Below, piece by piece: positions 1 through 12,046 of a stretch of 64,000 bases of DNA. This stretch comes from Sarea resinae (Eukaryota): positions 1 to 64,000 of the forward strand of contig JAPEUD010000054.1 in the NCBI GenBank assembly GCA_026026165.1. The letters run 5' to 3'. Each line of letters begins with the position of its first letter. Position 1 is the stretch's first letter. Both the position numbers and the translations under genes were made by a program. A model generated the notes under the pieces. The model did not search any database. It was given only the letters and a program-made list of their open reading frames with translations, and was not told where the DNA came from.

Positions 1-132
1 AGCAAAGCAAAGCAAAGCAAAGCAAAGCAAAGCAAAGCAAAGCAAAGCAAAGCAAAGCAAAGCAAAGCAAAGCAAAGCAAAGCAAAGCAAAGCAAAGCAA
101 AGCAAAGCAAAGCAAAGCAAAGCAAAGCAAAG
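1..132. repeat. (AGCAA)n pentanucleotide microsatellite, >=26 units, truncated by window start
   Basis: Perfect AGCAA tandem repeat read directly from the sequence. Confidence 0.98.
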
Positions 133-1064
133 AGGTAAAGTGCAGTAGTCGTAGGACAGAAAAACCAAGCGAGGCAGAGAAAGTATTTCTCGAGCGAATT
201 CTTGCGCGCGCGCGTATGTGTGTACGCAGTATGCAGTATGCAGTCTGTGTCTCCAGCTACCAATCTCTGCAACCAGACCTATGAACCACCCCGCACAGAA
301 ACCCTTGAATCATCCATCCATTATCACCTCCCCAGAAATGCGCAAAATAAACAATATCCAAAAAAAGAAAACAAAGGGAGAGACCTACTCAGGGGTAGGT
401 AGACGGTTGCATACCTATGCCATTATATTATTATCTCTCTACCTAGGTATCTATCTATCTCACGCCGGATCGGATATGATGTGGGGCAGGAAGGGGGGTG
501 TAGGGTGTAGGGCGTGTAGGGTGTATTCGTAGGGCGTAGGGCGTGGATCTGGAAGGGCGTCAGGGGCTGGCTGGTTGATTGATGAGATGTGGGGTCGGGG
601 TCGGGTTCTATTATTGACGAGACTTTGTCGAGGTAGTATTGCAGAGTGAAGTGAGATGAGACGATCTTCACTACTACCTTACCGTACGCACTGTGACTCA
701 CCAGGGTCCAGGCTGCCCAGTGGCCAGGAACATGTCAATACGACTACACTACAGTATACGTAAACAAATAAATAGATGGAGCGGTTCCCGTGTAGGAAGG
801 AAGAAAGAAAGGAAGGCAGGTAGGTAGGCAGGCCCGGGTCAACGACAATGAGCATTGTGGCCATCGCCATCGCCATCGCCATCGCCATCGCCAACGATCA
901 ATCACATACCTGTATCCTCCATCTTACGAGTCCTGCTTTCGTCGTTTCGTGCCCGCGCGCGCACTGCCGTCGGTTTTGTTGAACAACTGGAAAGAAAATT
1001 GAAAAACAAAAAAAGAAAAGTCTCCCCGCCCCGCCCCGCCCAACTCGCAACGGATCAGACGATC

Positions 1065-1715
1065 ATGACTGCCACGCCGACAACCACCTCGCCCGCGGCG
1101 CCGTCGATCCGCCTCCTGCCCCCCAGCGCCGCCGCCGGTTCAGCCGCGGCGGTCACGAAAATCATCAATGCGGCCTTTGGCGGCGTCGAGGCCGATGACA
1201 TCTTCAACGTGCCGGACAAGAAACGGACCACGGAGTCCGAGGTCGCGCGCTACATCTTGGCGTCGGAGTTCCTAGTGGCGTACGACGCGCCCAACACAGG
1301 AGCAACAGCAGCAGCAGATGAGGACTCAAAGGAAAAGGACGAGGAAAAGCCAAAGGAAAGCAAAGCGGAGGAGGTGATCGTAGGCTGCGTGCGAGTGAGC
1401 CGCATCGACGCGCGCACGGCGGGGCTGGGCATGCTGGCGGTCGGGGACGCGGTGCGCGGCACGGGCGTCGGCAGGCTGCTGGTGGCGGCGGCGGAGCAGT
1501 GGGCTCGCGACCGGCTGGGCTGCGATATCATGCAGATCGAACTGCTGAGGCCGAGTACCTGGAAGCATACCCGCAAGGAGATGCTCGCCGCTTGGTATCT
1601 GCGCTTGGCGTACGTGCTGCTGAGGGTCGCAAGGCCCGATGAATTTGTGCCTGGTCTGGAGGCTTTTCTTGCAACGCCTTGTGATTTTGAAATCTATCAG
1701 AAGGTGCTGGCTTAG
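1065..1715 (+). CDS. GNAT-family N-acetyltransferase, single exon, about 216 aa
   Basis: ATG 1065 (MTATPTTT...) to TAG 1715. IVGCVRV strand, then acetyl-CoA motif A GMLAVGDAVRGTGVGRLLVAAAE, and C-terminal LAAWYLRLAY. The upstream part of the ORF-track ORF is (GCCATC)n-derived. Confidence 0.85.
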   Translation: MTATPTTTSPAAPSIRLLPPSAAAGSAAAVTKIINAAFGGVEADDIFNVPDKKRTTESEVARYILASEFLVAYDAPNTGATAAADEDSKEKDEEKPKESKAEEVIVGCVRVSRIDARTAGLGMLAVGDAVRGTGVGRLLVAAAEQWARDRLGCDIMQIELLRPSTWKHTRKEMLAAWYLRLAYVLLRVARPDEFVPGLEAFLATPCDFEIYQKVLA

Positions 1716-1743
1716 GGTGCGGTTTTTGGGGGGAAGGGAGGAA

Positions 1744-1812
<69 letters not shown>
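1744..1812. repeat. poly-G homopolymer (about 69 nt) just after the GNAT stop
   Basis: Read directly; the length may be an assembly or sequencing estimate. Confidence 0.9.
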
Positions 1813-1813
<1 letters not shown>

Positions 1814-3185
1814 GCTTGGTTGCATGGATGGATGGTGGGTTGGGGGAGGGGAGGGAGTTTAGATGATCTGTATTTAGATGGCGAGCATAGCTTGCGAGCA
1901 TATAGCGTGAGCATACGTGTAAAATGAACATAGACAGCATAGGTAGACAGCATATACTGTATTGTCGTTGTCGTTCTTGTCTATCGCAGCTAGGCATCTG
2001 CATTCACCGGCACCTTTTAGACTGCTCAGGCCAGTCTCCAAGAGCCTAGCTCCTTTCTGCCTTCTGTTGGCTATATATTGACGCTATCACCTCGAATTCA
2101 ACAAGAACGTCTCTCGTCGATCAAGCAATCAGTCAATCAGTCAATCAATCGATCATTTGATCAAGAACATTGCCTCGTGGTCAATCCCCCAAAAAGTTCT
2201 CACCAGGCGGGGAGAAACTTCCGGGCTTGTCGAAGACGCGGTATTCAGGGACTTGTTTGGGACCTGTTTGGGGTGGTAGATCACTGCAATGAGGGTTCAA
2301 GTTTACCAGTCATCAAGACTTTTCTTTTTCTTCCATGTCATCGCGCGCGCAATGGGGTCATGGTGTCTCGGTGGAAAGATGCCCTGAGGCGTGAGACGAG
2401 GGCGTGATCATGATTAGTGTGCGAATAGGATGGATCGACCATGGAGCTCCGCTGTCGCCTCCTATCTCCAGGTGGTGCACAAGTGTAGGGTTTGCCATCA
2501 ATACCTCAAGCACACGCATTGGGAGAAGATGATCGATTCGAGAGCCCTTGAATGTGCTTCTGCGCGCTGATTCTAGGCGACTCTAACCCCATTTACCCTA
2601 TTCATTTGGTTTAGCAACGGAAGTGGTAATGTTGATTGTCACACACACACACACACACACATACACAAGCAGGCGGGCGCGGTTCATTGGAAATGATTTG
2701 CACTTGAATTGATCAAAAAACGCGAAGATGCCGCGGCAAGAGTCCTTTTCGGGGATGGACGTATTCGAAAATGATTATAACGAAATGTCCCAGGGCAGAC
2801 ACAGAACAAGATGCGGGAGCACCAGAAGTATCGTAAGCAGAGTTAAACAGAAAGATGACGAACACGAATAGAAAGCAAAGCAGAGGAAGATCTGGAAAGC
2901 GCATGAATCCCCATCCAGACATCCATCTTTCAATCATGTTCAACAGTCAAGTGCAAGCAAGGAGTCAAAAAGAGACGGAACTCCGCATTCATGCACCCAC
3001 TCCCAATCTGTTACCCATACCGCCAAGCCGAATCAAAGAAGGAAGCCCATTCGAAGGGGAGAACGCCGAAAGAGAAGGATTAGCATCCCAGATACCTGTA
3101 TGTGCGGGGCGAGGGAAGAGCGAGACAAAGTACTCGATCCGAGAGACAAATGTATTTGGAAGGAAAAACAAAACAGGGTATTGGA

Positions 3186-5158
3186 CTAAGCCGCCCAATC
3201 GACAACTTCCAAAGCACACATGACAAGGACAAGCGTAGACGGAAGGATCCTGTATTTCGTTAGCTTCGATGTAAACATGGCAGAACCGAGGACTCTCCAA
3301 ACGTACCAGATGACATAGCTCTGAAACAGAAGTTTTGACATGACTCCCTCATAAACACCATTGATCTGGCAGATCTGCGCGAGTTGCAACGCGCTAGGTG
3401 CTCCCGTCAACAAGAAGCAAACGACAACGAAGATGGGGTCGTCCAGAATGCTGACGGGAATGTATTTAGCAGCCAAAGCTAAAAGAGGGGCCATGACAAC
3501 TGTGGGAAGCAGCATTCGACTGACGAGAGAGGCGATGAGAAGTTTCGTTTCGTGCTTGTCGTGGTCAATCGTGGCATGTGGATCCTCAGGGAGAGTGTTG
3601 CGAGCGAGATTGGCACCCAGTACGACCAGGATGAGTGGCACTGCAACGCCACCGCTCTGAGAGATGGCTCTTGTGATCGAGTTCCTGACGAATGTCCCTT
3701 CACTGAAGAACAATCGCTGCAAGTCTGGGACCGATGCAATGATGACGGCTACCAGCATTGCCCAGAGAGGCGGGTTCATAAACTCCCAGACTCCGTGAAG
3801 GAAGCGGCCGAGCCAAGAACCTAGCGTCGAAAGCATTTTTTGAAATGGTTGCGGCAGCGAGGTATAGACCTTCTTTGAACATGTAGATGTGTAGGTAGCG
3901 ACGCTATCGAGATAACTTTTGACTGATCTCTCCAGACGTCGGAACCATCCTTGCACGCCACTTGGAATATCATCGTTGCTCGGCGGAGGTGATCTGATGC
4001 TTGGAAATGATGTGATCTGGCTACTAGGATGATTGCGGTGTAGCACTCCATTCGTGGGAGTGTCGAACACATCGGATCCCCTTTCGCCATCTAGATGGCC
4101 TCCGTGGAGCGAGCCGCCGGATGAGCTGGAAGACTCATGAGAATATCCAGTCTCAGGTGTCTGTTCCCCTGACGCATAATCCGAGTCTCCATGTAAGGTG
4201 CTGTGCACCTTTTTCGAATCCCCATTAGTAAAAGCTTTATGCTCATCGTTACGCTGGGTCAAGGTGTCATCTTGGCCGTCGACGTTGACGAGGAGATCGT
4301 CTACGTGCTCTTCCTCGGGATTGTCCCTGTAGCCTCCCTGACCTTGCTCAATCTGATGATTTGGCTCACTGTCGTCGGCGAACTTATGTCGAGGCGCAAG
4401 CAAGACATGGTAACCCCAGCTCCACCTTACAAGCTGACCGAGCTGCTGGAAGATAAGGAGATAAAGAATGCCACGAGCTCCAACTTCTTCGTCATTGTCT
4501 CCAGGTATTTTATCCCAGTGAAGTCCGCTGATCGTCTTGGACAGAGAAAGTACGAGAGAGATGGGAAGGGAATTCGAGTTCCCAAAGACCTATAGCGAAA
4601 TTGATCAGCCCATGCCATGCCTCTCAATTGCCAGACGACTTACTCCCATAGCAATCACAAAGTTTCGAGGTCGCTTGCCAAATCCAAAAACTTTCGATAT
4701 ACCGATCGAACATAGGTATGAGACGAGGGTTTGAACGACGAAGATGAACGGAATCACAGCTAGTTCAGCAAGTTTATCGGCGGTCAACTGCGATGCCAGC
4801 TTGGTGAAAACTAATCAAAGTAAGCTTCCTTCTTCGCAGGAAGAAGCAATGAGGACATACTCAGACAGGGCGTGAATAGCATGACGTTCAGATTCGCGAT
4901 GAACTTTTGATTCTCGGCATCAAACATGCCCATCCGTGCGATGATATATCCGGGCGCGCTGACACAGACGACTTCCAGTACGGCTTCGAAGACGAGTAGG
5001 ATGAGATGCCCGAAGGCAGGATGTGATGACTGTGGCGCTTGCATGCTTTCCAGCGATGAAAACGTCATGTTTGATGGAGACGCGATGAGATCTCGAGGTT
5101 GAAGAGCGGCAAAGGCATTGGCCTGCCTGAAAGACGTAGGCGTGGTGAAGAACGGCAT
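3186..5158 (-). CDS. Auxin efflux carrier (AEC/Mem_trans) family membrane transporter, similar to yeast YBR287W/ECM3 family; 4 exons (5158-4861, 4810-4644, 4589-3307, 3249-3186)
   Basis: Spliced translation gives LLVFEAVLEVVCVSAPGY, LNVMLFTPCL|IFTKLASQL, AMG|VFGNSNSLPISLV, RGILYLLIFQQLGQLVRWSWGY, FMNPPLWAM, VAVPLILVVLGANL, PSALQLAQICQ. Donors GTATGT/GTAAGT/GTACGT with YAG acceptors. Confidence 0.92.
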
Positions 5159-6037
5159 GGCGGTTTGAAGAGGCCAAATGCCTTTGTTCCACGGTCCTTG
5201 AAATTATTGTTGTTGTTGTTGTCCCAGTGGATTTCAGTGGATTTCAGTGGATTTCGATTCTCACGAGATAAGGAAGTCGCCTCCAAGCGAAGCCGACGTA
5301 CGCCGTAGCCGACAGGCTCTCCAGCTGGTCCCAAATCCGGGAAGCCAATGAACCTCGGGCTGGACGACGGATGATGGCGACAGACACGACGAGGGAGTCT
5401 TGATGCTTGGAAGGCACGCGTTGCGGCCAAGTGTTTGGCAAAGCAGAGAGCCCGGTTGTACGAGGGTATTTAGCTCGTCGTGGCCAAGGCCAAGGCCAAG
5501 CAAAGCGAAGCACCTCGGGCACCTTACCGGAGCTTCGATAGTACGCTGGCGTCAATTGCTCCACGTATGGCCCAGCATCGCAATCTGATCATCGACTGAT
5601 GAAACCAAGTATCCGCGAGGTACCCGTTGTCGCGGGCTTGCTGCCACTTGGTGTGCCCCGGCTGACATCAGCTACCTCTCCGCGACGAACGACGACTACA
5701 TGTAGGTAGTGTTCGAGCGCAGGTAAGCCTACGCGAGGTGCACGGGGTGGCTCAGCAGTGGCTGAAGATGCCTTGAGCAGATGGATGGCACTCGCTCTTC
5801 TTGATTCGATCCACGGTCAATGCCGTCGATAAGGAGTATGGATGAAGTAGATTCCATTCGACAGCGCACCACCGCGACTTCTTCTGCTCCTACATACTAT
5901 AGTAGTACTCTACATCCTGCATCCATAGTCCATCGTATCTAGGGACTCGAGGAGCGAGCGGCGCCCGGGACGTCCTTGCCGGACGTGCAACATTCAGGTT
6001 CACGGTGATGGTGATGCACAAGAGACGGGAGAGCGGT

Positions 6038-6115
6038 GATGTCTCTGACGTCTCTGATGTCTCTGATGTCTCTGATTCCTCTGATTCCTCTGACCCCTCT
6101 GATCCCTCTGATCCT
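6038..6115. repeat. degenerate 9-bp tandem repeat (TCTGATGTC/TCTGATTCC)
   Basis: Read directly in the divergent intergenic region between the transporter and PBS2. Confidence 0.8.
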
Positions 6116-6727
6116 TCATTTCCACCTGTCTTGCCAAGTGGAGGGGCCCACGTCATCGTCGAAGTCTTGATCTCTGACCGAGTGACTACTCCGGAGTACT
6201 GCGTCGGTAGGGAGGGACTCGGCCGCTGGATCGAGTCAAAGGGGACGCTGTCGAGGGGCTAAATGGTCACTACCACCGTCGCTACATTAGGGCCCTTGCT
6301 CGTCTCGAGTCGTCGCTGCACCATGAGTAGAGTAGAGTACTCTAGAGCAGTGAGAATCGAAGTTCAATTCCAGCATTCAAGATTGCCATGGTGCCGTCAC
6401 TGCTCCTTGCCCCCATGAATGATTGCATTGTCGTCGTCGGTACCGGAGGAGGTACTGCTCCCTCCCTTGACTCCCTCGCACGCTGCTCCCAAGAAACCAC
6501 GACGACTCCAGAGTAGATAGATGTACTTGGCCGGTACTGATGGATGGTCCGTTGGAAGTCTCCTCGCCCAACCCCAACCACAGCATCTACCTTACCTTTC
6601 CTATTGCCTACTGCCTACTGCCTACCGACCTTACTCACCTACCTAGTACTTGAATCGTACAATAGTCATCTTTCCTCATCCCTACCTCACCCTACCGTGC
6701 CCGCCTCTCTTGACTCTCTTCGCCTTC

Positions 6728-6801
6728 TTCGCCCTGTTTGCCCTCTTTGCCCTCTGTACCCTCTGTACCCTCTGTACCCTCTGTACCCTCTGTACCCTCT
6801 T
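6728..6801. repeat. 9-bp tandem repeat (CCTCTGTAC)n with degenerate flanking copies
   Basis: Five perfect CCTCTGTAC units plus variants; these generate the spurious PSV/LYP/CTL ORFs in the track. Confidence 0.9.
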
Positions 6802-7672
6802 TACCTGCTGGGCCCCCTCCCTCTCTGCCTCTGCCTGCGAGTACTTTAAGCCCCGTCGACGAGGCGGTTCCCTTGGCCCATTGCTCTCGAAGTCTTTCTT
6901 CCTCTGTGGCTCCACGCCGAGGATCACCAGATATCAGACGCCTGTGTCGATCGGCCCCGAGCACTCTGGACGCGGTGGACCCTGTGGCAAGGCAGAGTGG
7001 GCGAGCCTAACCTAATCGCTGTCCCACTACTACCACCACGACGCTTCCTACCTGACCTTGCTACCCACTGTGGAGGGAGTAGTGTACCTTGCTCTACCTG
7101 ACCTTCGCGTTCCCTGCAGCCATCCGGGGCAGCATCGATACCGTGCTGGGGTACCCTCCTCGTACCTCGTCGTTCCAGGCTATTCTTCCTTGCCTTCCAG
7201 TGGCCAAGAAACACCGCCACCTTCTGCCTGGATTGCCCGGACTTGGTTCTTGCTTTACGAGCTGTGTGCTGCCACCAGCGGCCACTTTCTCGTACTTCCT
7301 CGCTGGGATTCTCGACCGGAACGGACAAGTTGCGGAGCGGAGCCAGTAACCTCGCCTTCATCTTTGCATATCTTTGCATCTTGGCTCAGATGGGAAGTGC
7401 CGATGGTCGCTGAGTAGGCCGTATCATCCGTATCATTTGCCCAGGCTCACTGAGACACTGCCGCAACGGCAGCAAACTGCACCACCAGCCAGCGCCTCGT
7501 TTCCACTCCAAAACCAAAGAACGCAAGAGTCGACCAGAGTAACTGTGACTGTCACATTGACAGATCTCTTCGACGAGACAACCGTCGTACTTCCATCCGC
7601 CGACCGTGCTGCCGTTCTGTCTAAAACCAGAATCTCGGCTGGGAAACGGCCTCTTGGCCTGGGCCTTCATTC

Positions 7673-7732
7673 GTATGCGCACGCCATGACGAATCCATAC
7701 TTGAGAAGGCTTGAATGCTGACAATCAACAAG
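7673..7732 (+). other. putative 5'-UTR intron of PBS2 (60 nt)
   Basis: Donor GTATGC 7673, branch GCTGAC about 7717, acceptor AAG 7732. It removes the ORF-track ATG at 7715, so the start is likely 7778. Confidence 0.6.
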
Positions 7733-7777
7733 CTTCGACATCGAGCATTGATCGTCCCGCCCGACCCAGCACCGACC

Positions 7778-10031
7778 ATGTCTTCCGAAAGTGTGTCGAC
7801 GATGTCGTCCTCGGAAAGTGTGTCGACCATCTCCGCCGACGCTCCACTCTCTCCTCCTACATCACCCTCCGCCAATGAGCAGTCCTCCGCCCAGCCAACT
7901 TCTCCGGGACCACCGCCCCGCCTTCCTGTCCTCCGCTCCGTCTCCGATTCCCCTGCCGCCGCCAGCATGACGGCTTCTTCTACTCCTCTAGGTACTCTGA
8001 ACGCTGCTCGACGCCCGGCGCCTCAGCCACCATTGTCGAGCATCCGAGCAGGCGGCCTCCCTCAAGATATGCAGGCCAGGATGAAGGCTTTTCATCTGTC
8101 GAGACAAGGCGCGCCACCAGCTGCAGGCTTACGTGCCCCTAACAGCGTTGCAGGACCAGCGCCGACAGAGTCCGGTCAAATCCCCAGCGGAGCACTTGGT
8201 GGAGCCATGGCGCCACCCAATACAGGCGCTCCTCCATCTCCCGGAGGAGCCTTTGTCGGAGGGCCTGGAGGTTTGAGACTCCCTCCGGCAAGACCACATG
8301 CCCCGAGTTGGAGCTCGGCTCCTGCCGTGCCCCATCCGAAGAGAGCTCCGAAGCCATCATTGGGAGCCAGACGAGGGATGGCTCTTCCAGGAGGACTTCC
8401 AGGAGCCTTACCTCCTACCCCACAGCTAGAGGGGAATGGGGTCAATGGTGATACGAATAAGAGCAACGGCGAGCCCGCAAGCGATTCCGCTGCACCAGAG
8501 TCAAATTCTCTCTTCAACAAATTCTCAGAGTTCGTGGACACCAAGGCGGGAACGCTGAAATTTGCTGGCAAGGCTGTCATCCATAGCAAAGGAGTGGACT
8601 TCTCCAGTGGCAGCAGCTTCAAGATATCTCTCGATGAAGTCGATACTTTGGACGAGCTAGGAAAGGGAAATTACGGAACCGTATACAAAGTACGCCACAG
8701 CCGTCCTCAGATCAGGAGACCGGGCCTGGGCCTCAAGGGCAATCGAGCGCCTTCTGCCCTCTCGACGGCGACAACATCCTCCACTGCAGCCGGACTCTCC
8801 AACGGCCAGTCCAGCCAAGATGAAGACAATCAGGGCTCGAATCCTCCTGCCGCGGGCGGCGTGACGGGGATCATAATGGCGATGAAGGAGATTCGACTGG
8901 AGCTCGACGAGGCAAAGTTTGCAGCTATCATCATGGAACTTGATATCCTCCATCGCTGCATTTCGCCATTCATTGTCGACTTTTACGGTGCCTTCTTCCA
9001 GGAAGGGGCCGTGTATATATGTATGGAGTTCATGGACGGCGGCTCTATCGACAAACTCTACGGAGACGGCATCCCCGAAAATGTCTTGCGAAAGATCACC
9101 TTTTCAACCCTCATGGGCCTCAAGACGCTCAAAGACGAACACAACATCATACACCGCGACGTGAAGCCAACCAATATCCTCATCAATACCCGAGGTCAAA
9201 TCAAAATATGCGATTTCGGTGTCAGCGGGAATCTGGTGGCCAGTATCGCGAAGACCAATATTGGCTGCCAGAGCTACATGGCACCCGAAAGGATAGCGAG
9301 CGGCGGTGTCGCACAGGCGGGAGCCAACCCTGGTGGCGGGACCTACAGCGTTCAAAGCGATATCTGGAGTTTGGGACTGACCGTCATTGAGTGCGCAATG
9401 GGCCGATATCCATATCCACCTGAAACGTACAACAACATATTCAGTCAACTTAGCGTATGTCTTGGAATCTCTACAATTTGGCTTCATCTAACATGAACAG
9501 GCTATCGTCGACGGTGAACCCCCAGACCTCCCGGCCGAGGGTTTCTCTGATGAAGCCCGTGACTTTGTTCGCGGCTGCTTGCATAAAATACCCAAGCTTC
9601 GTCCTACATATGCTATGCTACTTCGACATCCCTGGATTGCTTCATTGATCAAGCCACCTACAATTTCAGAAGAGGATGAGGATGCAGCCGAACTGCCCGA
9701 CCATGCCGATACGGGCGTTCCAGACACCGCCGACAAGGAAGTAGCGGAATGGGTCATCGCTGCGGTTGAGGCCCGTAGAAACGGCTCCATGTTCAAGAAG
9801 GAGAAGCCAGCTCTGCATGCAGTTGCACTTGATGTCGTCCATAGTCCGTCACTTGACGGAGCCACTGACGCCTTCGGCGCCCTTTCCGAGCACCAAAAAG
9901 TTTCCGAGGAACCAAAAGGTCCTGAAGACTCAAAAGCTCCCGAAGAAACCAAATCTCCCGAGGAACCAAAAGCCCCCGAAGGACCGAGGGTTCCCGAGGA
10001 AGTTGAACATTCGCCCGCTGGCGAGTCATAG
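7778..10031 (+). CDS. PBS2: MAP kinase kinase Pbs2/Wis1 (HOG pathway); exons 7778-9454 and 9501-10031
   Basis: Pro-rich N-terminus with DMQARMKAFHLSRQG. Kinase motifs LGKGNYGTV, MAMKEIRLELDEAKF, HRDVKPTN, DFGVSGNLVASIAKTNIGCQSYMAPERI (Pbs2 activation loop) and YNNIFSQLS|AIVDGEPPDLP. Intron GTATGT...CTAAC...CAG. Confidence 0.96.
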
Positions 10032-10647
10032 TCATGAATAGTTGCGAGATCACGGCCTTTCATATCTGCTTCCCTATGAGCGATGCCGACCTTTCCTCTC
10101 TCCTAATACTACACCAGCATACACTGAGCTACCCCTGAATGATTCTCCACGTCGACGTTCAAGCCTTTTTCATTTTCATGTTTTTCTGGTGGAGCACATG
10201 TAAGGTAGAACGAAATACAGATAACGAGCGACGATACTATAGGGAAGATCAAGACGTCGATGCAGTCTCCATATGCAGGCATCTGTGCTCGTGATATTAG
10301 GTTTCATGACCGTCGAAATCAAGGCTGCTAGTTCCTCGTAATGCGAAGAACAATGGACACCCGTCACCTGCTGGCCCATCCGTGCATCTAGAAAATGGCG
10401 TGTACTAGAAGGAGGCTGGCTTAAAAGCTGATTGGACACGCATGCGCGGCAGATGGCAGCCCTTCAGCTACGTAGCCGGAGCCGCGGTCTCCAGCCGTCT
10501 TGTTCGGGACGAGGCGAAGGAGAGAAGGCTCAGAGGCATGGACAATGGAGTCTTTCTTCGGGCATGGCTGATGGATGGCTGCATGAGGCTGGTGCAGGTT
10601 ACACGGCGCCGTTGAGAAAGGATGGAGACAGGGAGGTTGAAGGGAGC

Positions 10648-10694
10648 GATGGATGGATGGATGGATGGATGGATGGATGGATGGATGGATGGAT
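10648..10694. repeat. (GGAT)n tetranucleotide microsatellite
   Basis: Read directly. Confidence 0.95.
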
Positions 10695-11829
10695 TCGAGG
10701 TGCTTTGATGATGACACGACCCGGACATCTTCTCTCTTTGGTTTGGCCACGCAGTCTGAGCGTGTTCTCCGGTCCTTTGTCGTCCCTTGGACGTCTAGTC
10801 CTCTGATGAACGATTCATTGTATCTGACGTTGCTCTACAGCATGCACCTCATCTGGTGCAAGATCCATCCATGCACTCCTGCGTACATACACAGCGCAGT
10901 ACAGTAGTACATAGTAAGTCTCTACTCCGGAGTAGGTAAGGTAACTTCAATCGTACACATGGTGCCATAGTATGGATGGTACCCATACCAGACGGGTTCC
11001 GTTCCTGCTTGGTTGAGTGTCCAGATAGGCACCACGGCCTCGTCCGCTCGTTCCTTTGGGGGGGCATCCCACGCTGGCTGGCTGGTGGGAAGAGAACCAA
11101 GTATACCTGCGCCGTGGTGTCTCTACTTGCCCTCGAGTACCGGGCCTCGCACTGGAAGCGCTGGCGGTGCATGAGGATGCTGTGGCACTGCGGCAGTGGT
11201 ACACAGCAGTACCTCGTTCCGAGTGACGATACCTCGGCTCGTGACAGGACAGCGTAGCGGCGCGTACAGGTAGTGAGAGGTATCAGTGCCACCACGATGC
11301 ATTCGACGACCTAAAGAAATAGAGAGAAGGCCGGCAGCCTCAGCTACGGAAGGGACTATAGACGACAGAGCGGCTTCGATCCTTCCACGGCATCTCGTTC
11401 GCGGCTGCAGCAGAGATCTTAGCGCACGATCTTCCTCTCTGATTCTCTTGATCTCCCCTTCTCCCTTGGGTGCCGACCTGCTTCAGCGCCAGTCGGTGGA
11501 TCCCGTGTGGGTGAAATCTTTGTTCGTCGCCGTTGTGAATCTGCATAGCATAGCGGGTGGATCATCGCGGGGCATTTCCTGTCGCTGCCCGCCAGTCCCC
11601 CAAAAATATTACGGATCCCTGCTCAGCTCGACAAACACTCTCCCTCACCGCCGACAACGACACAGCTTTCCACCTTCTCAGAGGTTCTGTGATACTGGCA
11701 GCTCTGCCTATAAACCCGGTCGGCAGTATCATCTCGCAAGACGAATGGTAATCATCTGCTTCGGTCTCTGGCCTCAGCGTTGATCCGAATTTCGAACGTC
11801 GACGAACGACGACGACGACGACTTCTCAG

Positions 11830-11903
11830 GTACGTGGGACAGCGTCCATGTGGGTCGCACAGACTCTTTGATTATGCTGCTGATGACGGCTCTCTTGGGC
11901 CAG
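11830..11903 (+). other. putative 5'-UTR intron of KAP104
   Basis: CAG|GTACGT donor, GCTGAT branch-like sequence, CAG acceptor, about 140 nt upstream of ATG 12047. Confidence 0.5.
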
Positions 11904-12046
11904 GCCTCCCTATCCGAAAAGTGAAATTGCTCGTCGATTTCACCGATCGGTGACTGTTTCACTCGTGAAGTGAAAAGAACTCGTCTTTATCGGTGCGGAA
12001 GATTGTAAAGCCGTCACCCTGAGGGGTTCGTCGAGCGGTCGGAGCG

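Noticed and set aside
1..132. Possible telomere repeat at the window start
   Set aside because: The unit is AGCAA, not TTAGGG/CCCTAA; treated as a microsatellite
1326..2003. Minus-strand poly-Pro ORFs
   Set aside because: Produced by the poly-G run and antisense overlap with the GNAT gene
6544..7015. ORFs with PSV/LYP/CTL/EGT repeats upstream of PBS2
   Set aside because: A 9-bp tandem repeat opens several frames; non-ATG starts and no recognisable domain
7715..7777. ORF-track N-terminal extension of Pbs2
   Set aside because: The ATG overlaps a probable branch point inside a 5'-UTR intron
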